A stretch of 32,000 bases of DNA. Source: Gemmata obscuriglobus (GTDB lineage Bacteria > Planctomycetota > Planctomycetia > Gemmatales > Gemmataceae). The position numbers and the translations under genes are program-made. The notes under the pieces were generated by a model. It made no database searches. It had not been told where the DNA came from and worked only from the letters and a program-made list of their open reading frames with translations. This document shows positions 25,680-32,000 of this stretch, piece by piece. Position 1 is the first letter of the stretch. Every line of letters begins with the position of its first letter. The stretch is taken from the NCBI RefSeq assembly GCF_008065095.1, contig NZ_CP042911.1, positions 4,260,001-4,292,000 of the forward strand. The letters are read 5' to 3'.

Positions 25680-26450
25680 ATGCATCGGGCCGCACGCCGC
25701 GGTTTCACGCTGATCGAGTTGCTGGTTGTGGTGGCCATAATCGCGGTGCTGCTCAGGTTGCTATTCCCCGCCTTCTAAAAGGTCCGCGCCGCCGCTCGCA
25801 TCAGGTGCATGAACAACCTGTAGCAGGTCGGGCTGGCGGTTCACAACTACCACCACCAGCACGAAGTGGTTCCTTCGGCGTACGTGCGAATCATGATCGG
25901 CCCTGAGTACCCCCCTTGGTGGCGGCTGTTGGGCGGTGTCGTACAGCAACCAAAAGTACGACAGGTTTAACGGCTTCCACACGTCCGGAGACGGGCGACT
26001 GATGACGCACCTGGAACAGGGCAACGGGCTGGGCCGGACTAACCGGTCTGTCAAGGAACTGCACAGCACTCCCGTCACACAACCGGTCGCGGTAGTGACG
26101 GGACGAGTAACACCGTTGCGTTCGGCGAGCGGCTCCCGAGTGCGGACCGAAAATGGGGTTGGTGGCCGGCCACTGTTGCGTACCGCTGGACCGCCAACAC
26201 GGCGCGCTGATACGCCACCGGGACCGCTGGCGCGTGCCCCCAACGGGCCGGCCCGGTATGCCCCGGTGACTTCAAGAATAATTGCGTCGCCCACCACTTC
26301 TGGGGGCCGCATTGCGACGGTGGCAACGGGCTCTTCGCGGACGGGCGCGGCTGCTCGTCACCTCCTACTCGGGGGGGCCGACGTACTGATCCCGATGTCC
26401 ACGCGGTACGGCGGCGAAGTCGCGTTGCTCCCCGGATCAAATTCCATCGC
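25680..26450 (+). pseudogene. DUF1559 prepilin-type N-terminal cleavage/methylation-domain gene, inactivated
   Basis: It begins MHRAARRGFTLIELLVVVAIIAVL. Collinear family motifs follow: KVRAAAARIRCMNNL.QVGLAVHNYH, GTSNTVAFGE, GGNGLFADG and TRYGGEV. The frame is interrupted by in-frame stops at 25776, 25821, 25968, 26040 and 26208. At least one +1 frameshift lies before 26401. The 3' end is approximate. Confidence 0.8.
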
Positions 26451-26538
26451 GTCAAGCGGATCGCTCGGTCCGTCACCCGCCTGCTGCTGATGCAGGCGGG
26501 TGAGCGCGACATCTCATGCCATCCTGCGCGAGCGCTCG

Positions 26539-28548
26539 TCAACTCACGAGCACCCCACCCAGGTACCCCTCGTCGAAGGCCATGAAGCTGTCGATCGCGG
26601 TCGCGGTCGGGTCGAACTCTGTCACCTGCGGCGGACCGAAGCCGGCGGCCCCGACCCGGATGTTGCCCCCGTTGCCCGCAACGGACACGCCACCAGCATA
26701 ACCCGGAAACGCGAGGAAGCTAACCAGGACGTCTTGGCTCTTCCCGTCGACGGCAACCACGTGAGAGGAGTTGGCCGCCGTACCCGCCAGCAGGTCGGCC
26801 GTTCCGTCGCCGTTGACATCGGTGAACCCGACGTTGAGCCCGCCGGTGTACCCGGCGAAAATCAACTGGCTCGACATGAGTGTGAGCGACTGGCCCTTGA
26901 AAACCTTGACGTGCGAAGGCCCGGTCGCGGTGCCGATGGCGATCTGGCCCGTGCCATCGGCGTTGTTGGTTCCTGTCACCCGGACGCCGCCCGTGAAGCC
27001 GTCGAACGCGAAGAAACTGTCCAGCAACTGATCGGTCTTGCCGCTCAGCACTTTCACGTGCGAGGAGCCCGTGAGCGTGCCGACGATCAAGTCGATGGTC
27101 CCGTCCCCGTCGATGTCGGCCGCGCCGACGGACACGCCGCCGTTGTACCCTTCGAAGGCGAGGAAGCTCCGGAGCAGGGCGCCGGTGGCGCCGTCGTACA
27201 ACTTGACGTGGCTGGAGGAGCTGGCCGTCGCGACGAAGACGTCGGCGACCCCATCGCCGTTCACATCTGCGGCGGCAGTCTGCAGGGCATCGGTGTACCC
27301 CGCGAACGGCTCGATGCTACCCACCGGCAGGCTCAGTTGGCCGCCCACGGCGGTCGACACGATTGCGTCATGGGTCAGGTTTAGCGTGAAGGCGGCCGTA
27401 TTGGTCGGCGGTTCCGGGGCCGGGTCCTCCGGCGGAACTGCCGGTGGGACCGTCATCTCAGAGCGAGCCGCCGCGAGGTCGAAGGGAGATATGCGGGGGG
27501 GGACCGCACCGGTCCGGGTAACAGTACCGGTCGCCGCGCTGTACCGGAAGAATCCGCCGGTGGACGCCCCCGGGACCGTTGCGGCATAGAAATTCTGGCC
27601 GAACGCGATCACCACGTCACCGTTATCCGCGGCGGCCGCGCTGGCGCCGACGGCACCGTATCCAATCGCATGTGCCTCGCTGAACAGTACCGTCTCGGTC
27701 CCGCCGTTGAAGGCGACCACCTCGTCGTAATGGGTGTACGGGGCCGCCGTGGTGAACCGGGTCCGGGCTCCGATGATGCTCCCATCGGCGGTGACCGCGA
27801 TGTCCAGGTCGGACGTGTTCGGGTTGAGTGGGCCGATCGGGGTGACTTTACCGCTGGCCGAACTGTAACGATACAGTCCGCCCGCGAACGCGGTCGGGTT
27901 CAACCGGAGAACGGCGTTGGGCGTGAAGGCGATGACGAGGTCGCCGCTGCCCGCTACCGCTACGCTCGCCCCGTTGGCCCCATACCCTTGCGCGTACGCC
28001 TCACTGAACAGCACCGTCTCGGCTCCGTTGCCGGTGAGGGCAACCACTTCGTTGTACTGGGACGTTCCAACGTTCCGGGTTCGAGCTTCGACAACCGTTC
28101 CGTCGGTGGTTACCGCGATGTCCAGGCCGAACGTGCTTGAGGGGACAGTGCCGATCTGGATGACGCTGCCGCTCACCGGGCTGTACCGGAACAGCCCACC
28201 CAGGGACGCGCTCGGGACCGTACTGGCCGAGTAGCTCGGGGTGAAGGCGACCACGACATCGCCGCTGTCGGCCACGGCGGCGCTGGCCCCGCTGGCTCCG
28301 TATCCGCTCCCGTGCGACTGGCTGAATAGCACCAACTCGGACCCATTGTCGGCAACTAGGACGACCTCGTCGTAGCTCGCCGCCGGAGTGATCGTGGGGT
28401 CCTGGCGGACCCGAGCTAGAACGGCCGAGGGCATCGCACGGCCCTCAAGCGTTTCGAGGTTCAGCAACGGCCCCTGGGTTGGGGCGGCTTCGGCAGCAAC
28501 GGACCAGTCCGACCAAAGCTGCGACAGGAATGATGGGCGACGGATCAT
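26539..28548 (-). CDS. Secreted FG-GAP/VCBS-repeat protein with an N-terminal triple ~100-aa repeat module
   Basis: The start is taken at ATG 28548 (MIRRPSFLSQLW...LLNLETLEGRAMPSAV). The C-terminal third holds four or more FG-GAP-like units: F.GY.GG..VG..D.NGDG..D...GT...SHVK. The middle holds three tandem homologous segments. Confidence 0.75.
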   Translation of the reverse strand: MIRRPSFLSQLWSDWSVAAEAAPTQGPLLNLETLEGRAMPSAVLARVRQDPTITPAASYDEVVLVADNGSELVLFSQSHGSGYGASGASAAVADSGDVVVAFTPSYSASTVPSASLGGLFRYSPVSGSVIQIGTVPSSTFGLDIAVTTDGTVVEARTRNVGTSQYNEVVALTGNGAETVLFSEAYAQGYGANGASVAVAGSGDLVIAFTPNAVLRLNPTAFAGGLYRYSSASGKVTPIGPLNPNTSDLDIAVTADGSIIGARTRFTTAAPYTHYDEVVAFNGGTETVLFSEAHAIGYGAVGASAAAADNGDVVIAFGQNFYAATVPGASTGGFFRYSAATGTVTRTGAVPPRISPFDLAAARSEMTVPPAVPPEDPAPEPPTNTAAFTLNLTHDAIVSTAVGGQLSLPVGSIEPFAGYTDALQTAAADVNGDGVADVFVATASSSSHVKLYDGATGALLRSFLAFEGYNGGVSVGAADIDGDGTIDLIVGTLTGSSHVKVLSGKTDQLLDSFFAFDGFTGGVRVTGTNNADGTGQIAIGTATGPSHVKVFKGQSLTLMSSQLIFAGYTGGLNVGFTDVNGDGTADLLAGTAANSSHVVAVDGKSQDVLVSFLAFPGYAGGVSVAGNGGNIRVGAAGFGPPQVTEFDPTATAIDSFMAFDEGYLGGVLVS
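27460..28374 (-). repeat. Three tandem, diverged coding repeats (~90-109 aa each) of an unrecognised module
   Basis: The units start YDEVVLVADNGSELVLFSQSHGSGYGASGASAAVADSGDVVVAF, YNEVVALTGNGAETVLFSEAYAQGYGANGASVAVAGSGDLVIAF and YDEVVAFNGGTETVLFSEAHAIGYGAVGASAAAADNGDVVIAF. Each continues through GG(L/F)(F/Y)RYS...DIAVT.DG...ART. Confidence 0.85.
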
Positions 28549-28694
28549 GGGCGCCTCTGCGTGGGAAACGGGTTGTAACGCGTGGTGAGCAGGTGACAAC
28601 CGACCGCAGGTCGTCACAACGGATGGAGTAGCAAGTGGGGATGCGATCGCCGCAGTGGGCGGTCTTCTGCGGGTCGCCGTCGGTAAGAGTTCAG

Positions 28695-28728
28695 ATCCAA
28701 TATTGGATGATTGAGATTCGGGTGTCAA
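28695..28728 (-). promoter_or_regulatory. Candidate sigma70-like promoter with an overlapping 14-bp perfect palindrome, upstream of the FG-GAP gene
   Basis: On the minus strand, TTGACA (28728-28723) is followed by an 18-nt spacer and AATATT (28704-28699). The palindrome ATCCAATATTGGAT (28695-28708) covers the -10. The site sits in an AT-rich island: 40 of 100 nt are G/C over 28691-28790 by hand count. Confidence 0.35.
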
Positions 28729-28805
28729 TAGCTTGTTTTGGTATCGCAGCAATTTTTCAACAATTAGATGTATGATTTGCTGCGCCGGCTCGTAGCCGGT
28801 GGCCC

Positions 28806-31262
28806 TCACGCGCCAGTGTGCCGGGAGCGGCCGCGCTCCGCCAGCTCGACCAGCAGTTCGTACACCCCCTCCGCGTACCGGCGGTGGGCGAATTCGGGGC
28901 GATCCAGGTGCTTCCGAGCATCCGACAGGTCGGCCCCGGTCAGCGGCCTCTCGGCCAGCGCACCCGCCAACCGGTCCGCCAGACCGACCGCGTCCTCAAC
29001 CGGGAAGAAGTGGACCGGCAGATCGAACCGCCGGGCCATCTCCTCGGCCGCCGGGTATGCGGAGCTCACCACCGGGCGGCCGAAATACCGCCCCTCGATG
29101 GCACACAGGGTGCCGTTGTCGTACCGTGCGGCGTTCACCACCACCGCCGCACGCTGGTACAGGTCGCACAACTGGGCGTCGTTGACGAATCCCAGCGGCG
29201 CCACGTCCTGCCCCTCGCGCAGCCCGAGTTCCGCGAACAGACGCCGGACCACGCGCAGGTTCGGGTCCTCGATCCGCTCCTGTGAAGTGGGGGCGATCAT
29301 TTCCGTGCCGTACCCGCATACGACGAGCAGCGGGGTGTCGGCACCGAGCCGCTTCTTCAACTCGGCGTACCCCCGCAGCATGACCCGGATCCCCTTGTGT
29401 GGGGCGATGTTGGTCACCTGCAACAGGAAGGGCTCGCGCGGCAGTGCGACCGGCTCGGGCGTCACCGCCGCGAACCGCCGCGCCGGTGCGCCGGCGATCG
29501 GCACCATGCGGACCTTGTTCGGGTCGACGGCGTACGAGCGGACCACGTCCGATCTGGTGCTCTCGCTGGCGGTGAGCACCAAGTCGGCCCGCTCGACGGT
29601 GGGCGCCATCCCGCGCTCGGACCACTCGAAGAACCACTCCGGGAACGTCTCCGGCGCGTGCCGCTGGATCATATCGTAGACCAACACGCCATACGGGCGG
29701 ACGGGCAGCAGCGGGAACCGGAACCGGTCGGCGAGCGCGAACCAGGCGTCCGCCCGGAGCGCGTGCTCGGGGCAGCCCTTGAAGAACCCGTACACCCGTT
29801 CCGGCAGCTCGCCTGCGGCCGGACCGATTAGCCGCGCGGCCTCCAGGCGGGTGATCGGTGCGAAGTCGAACCGGTCGATCGGGAGCGCCGGGCGGAGCGC
29901 ACGCAGCACCGTGTGGTCGCCCTCGTGGTCCGGCAGGGCGAACGTCAGCGCCAGCCGGCCCGCCCGCCGGTTGATGTCCACCAGGTCGGTGAGAAGGTCT
30001 TTGGTCGCCTGCCACACACCCCCGGGATACACGACCGGCAAAAACAGGAGCAGCTCCGGCGCGCCGACGGGGGTTGCGCTGAGGGGCGGTCGGTCGGGCC
30101 ACGGCCGGGCGCACCGCGCCGCCCGTTCGGCCGGGGGGATCGTGGCGATTGCCGCGGACTCGCGGCACACGTCCAGCACCTCGCGGGCGACGTCCGCCCA
30201 GGTACGGTCCCAGAGCGGCGCTGCGGCCGCGCGCTGGCGGGCCAACACCTCGGAGCGGTCGTCCCGCACGCGCAGCACCGCGCGGGCGATCGAATCCGGG
30301 TCGGCCGGGTCGAAATACGGGACGGCGTCGCCGAGCGTGCGAGCGTGCTCAGCCAAGCTCGGGACGTTCGAGCACGCGACCGGGCAGCCGCTCGCCAGAC
30401 TCTCGTAAAGCGGGAACGGCCCCTGTGCGGGCGCGGACGGGATCACGGTCGCGAACGCGCAGGCGTAGAGCCGCGCCAGTTCGATTCGTGGCACCGGCCC
30501 CAGGACGCGGACGCGGTCCCCGAGCCCGTAAGAGTCGACGAGCGCGCGCAGCCCGTCGGGCAGGTGGCCGGGCTCGTCACCGGTGAGCACGAGATCGAAC
30601 CCACGTTCGCCGTAGCGCTCGCCAAGCCGGTGGAGGGCGGTGATGAGCGCGGCGTGGTTCTTGGAAGCGCGGAACGCCGCCGGCCAGAACAGGTACGGGC
30701 GGTCCGAGGGCCGCGGTGGGGGCGCCGAGGGGGGCGCGAAGTCCGCGGGCAGGGCCGGGCGGACGACCCGCAACTTCGCGGGCGACAGCCCCAGACCGTC
30801 GCGCAGGACGCGATTGGCCGTGCCCGCCGACAGGCACACGCACGCGGTGGCCGAGTGGAGGAGGGCGGCCACGGTCGGCTCCTCACCGCCCAGGAACTCG
30901 ATCGACGGTCGGGGGGGGCGGGCCGCCTCCTGGGCGGCGCCGTCGGACACCCACACCACCGTGGGGACGTGGTTGTGCGGGCCGGCGACTGTGGCCGGCA
31001 GCAGCCAGGCGTCGCACTCGCGGGCGAGGGCGAACGGCAGGCTCTTCTCGCCGAGAATGTGCGAGCGGACGGTGAGTCGCGGGTGGGGGCCGCCGGCGCT
31101 GGCCGTGACTGCGTCGTGATCGCCCGGCCGGGTCAGGACGGTCAGCTCGACGGGCGGATCGGTACGCAGCAGGGCGCGGATCAGTTCGTAGGTGAACACA
31201 CCCGACCCCGATTCGGGCGTCAGTCGGGTGCCGTAGGCGAGCCACACACCGAGGCGGAACAT
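28806..31262 (-). CDS. Tandem double glycosyltransferase (two GT-B / GT4-like modules in one polypeptide)
   Basis: The start is taken at ATG 31262 (MFRLGVWLAYGTRL), 24 nt after the TPR gene stop. Module 1 contains LVLTGD...RVRVLGPVP..ELARLYACAFATVIPS...GPFPLYESLASGCPV. Module 2 contains LLVVCGYG...APLGFVNDAQLCDLYQRAAVVVNAARYDNGTLCAIEGRYFGRPVV. Both resemble the Glycos_transf_1 C-terminal half. Confidence 0.7.
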   Translation of the reverse strand: MFRLGVWLAYGTRLTPESGSGVFTYELIRALLRTDPPVELTVLTRPGDHDAVTASAGGPHPRLTVRSHILGEKSLPFALARECDAWLLPATVAGPHNHVPTVVWVSDGAAQEAARPPRPSIEFLGGEEPTVAALLHSATACVCLSAGTANRVLRDGLGLSPAKLRVVRPALPADFAPPSAPPPRPSDRPYLFWPAAFRASKNHAALITALHRLGERYGERGFDLVLTGDEPGHLPDGLRALVDSYGLGDRVRVLGPVPRIELARLYACAFATVIPSAPAQGPFPLYESLASGCPVACSNVPSLAEHARTLGDAVPYFDPADPDSIARAVLRVRDDRSEVLARQRAAAAPLWDRTWADVAREVLDVCRESAAIATIPPAERAARCARPWPDRPPLSATPVGAPELLLFLPVVYPGGVWQATKDLLTDLVDINRRAGRLALTFALPDHEGDHTVLRALRPALPIDRFDFAPITRLEAARLIGPAAGELPERVYGFFKGCPEHALRADAWFALADRFRFPLLPVRPYGVLVYDMIQRHAPETFPEWFFEWSERGMAPTVERADLVLTASESTRSDVVRSYAVDPNKVRMVPIAGAPARRFAAVTPEPVALPREPFLLQVTNIAPHKGIRVMLRGYAELKKRLGADTPLLVVCGYGTEMIAPTSQERIEDPNLRVVRRLFAELGLREGQDVAPLGFVNDAQLCDLYQRAAVVVNAARYDNGTLCAIEGRYFGRPVVSSAYPAAEEMARRFDLPVHFFPVEDAVGLADRLAGALAERPLTGADLSDARKHLDRPEFAHRRYAEGVYELLVELAERGRSRHTGA

Positions 31263-31285
31263 GGGCGAACTCCGTCCGGACCGGT

Positions 31286-31843
31286 TCACTGTTTGATGGC
31301 GGTCGTATTTTCGGGCCACTGGCCGCACGCCTGGGCACGGTCGAAGCACGCCCAGGCTTCGCGCGCCCGGCCCAGATCCTGGAGCGCCCGGCCCAGATTG
31401 CGGTGGGCCTTTGCGTACTCCGGCTGCACGCGGACGGCTTCCGAAAAATGGACCGCGGCCTCGGCCACCCGACCCAAGGCGTGACACGCGAGGCCGCAGT
31501 TGTTGTGCAGTTGGGCCATGCCCGGTGCGAGCCGGATGCCCTCCTGAAAGCAGCGTAGCGCTTCCGCCAGTCGGCCTTGTGCCCGGTACGCCTCGCCCAG
31601 GTTGTTAAGAATCGCGGGGTTCGCGCCCCCAACAGCGACGGACAGCCGCAGCCAGCGCGCCGCGTCCGCATAATTGCCCGATTTGTGCGCGATCAGGCCG
31701 AGCAGGTACGCGGCATGGGGGTTCACCGGCTCGGCTCGCAGCACCTGCTCGCACGCGTCCCGGGCCTCACGCAGGCGGTTCGCCTGGAAGTGGTCCGCGC
31801 CGCGCTGAAGTAGGTCGGGAATGGTGAGTCGCTCGGGCGGCAT
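31286..31843 (-). CDS. TPR-repeat protein
   Basis: From the internal ATG at 31843 there are at least four 34-aa TPR-like units, for example AYLLGLIAHKSGNYADAARWLRLSV, NNLGEAYRAQGRLAEALRCFQEGIRLAP and CGLACHALGRVAEAAVHFSEAVRVQP. The track ORF extends to 31987. Confidence 0.7.
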   Translation of the reverse strand: MPPERLTIPDLLQRGADHFQANRLREARDACEQVLRAEPVNPHAAYLLGLIAHKSGNYADAARWLRLSVAVGGANPAILNNLGEAYRAQGRLAEALRCFQEGIRLAPGMAQLHNNCGLACHALGRVAEAAVHFSEAVRVQPEYAKAHRNLGRALQDLGRAREAWACFDRAQACGQWPENTTAIKQ

Positions 31844-32000
31844 AATTGGGCGAAGCCGGGAGTGAGGACCGCAGACGAACGGCAGGCCGCGAATCCGTGT
31901 CGGAACCGTCCGGTGGTCGTATGTCTGATATTTTAGCCAACGTGCCAGGGGCCTACAAGTGCGGCTCATCAACACCGTTAATCCCACATCAGCCGTTTCT

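Noticed and set aside
28549-28809. An 87-codon N-terminal extension of the FG-GAP ORF. Similar upstream extensions occur at 31263-31487, 31844-31987, 22432-22521, 8513-8746, 12539-12724, 2359-2454 and 526-612.
   Set aside because: These extensions run through AT-rich or intergenic sequence, or into the neighbouring gene. They encode low-complexity peptides. The internal ATGs give proper signal peptides or family-typical N-termini.
29913-31484. 523-aa plus-strand ORF (and 28996..30168 minus, 30883..31671 minus) over the glycosyltransferase gene
   Set aside because: These are alternative-frame or antisense shadows. Their products are extreme in Arg/Gly/Pro, while the chosen frame shows two GT-B C-terminal signatures.

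Overview
High-G+C bacterial chromosome segment that looks like Planctomycetota (Gemmata-like). The lineage guess rests on prepilin-type DUF1559 genes and relics, an N-terminal LETLEGRAMPS-type motif, and ThuA, HDOD and FG-GAP proteins. It is an inference; no search was possible. I support about 24 CDS. They include a partial Ser/Thr kinase, a Tat-signal DUF3500-like protein, an arginase-fold enzyme and a lidless Hsp70 next to an AAG-like/HTH protein. A divergent glycolytic pair (pgi and archaeal-type apgM) follows. An isoprenoid neighbourhood holds a UbiC-like lyase, a DUF116::polyprenyl-synthase fusion and squalene-hopene cyclase. Downstream are HDOD and 2x[4Fe-4S] ferredoxin genes. Six tightly packed minus-strand genes come next: ALDH, Fe-ADH, a PQQ-like propeller, a Uma2 nuclease, a HemN-like radical SAM enzyme and a GcvH-like protein. 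The window ends with a TPR, double-glycosyltransferase and FG-GAP surface-protein block. No rRNA, tRNA, CRISPR or intact mobile element was found. The most notable observations are:
- the rSAM plus H-protein-like pair inside the six-gene run;
- the DUF116::polyprenyl-synthase fusion, which has an altered second Asp-rich motif;
- a perfect 6 x 21-bp in-frame repeat in the Uma2 gene;
- a roughly 1.2-kb relic zone holding a decayed copy of the pgi 3' end and a DUF1559 tail;
- a DUF1559 pseudogene with five in-frame stops.
All family calls come from motifs I read by eye, not from database searches.
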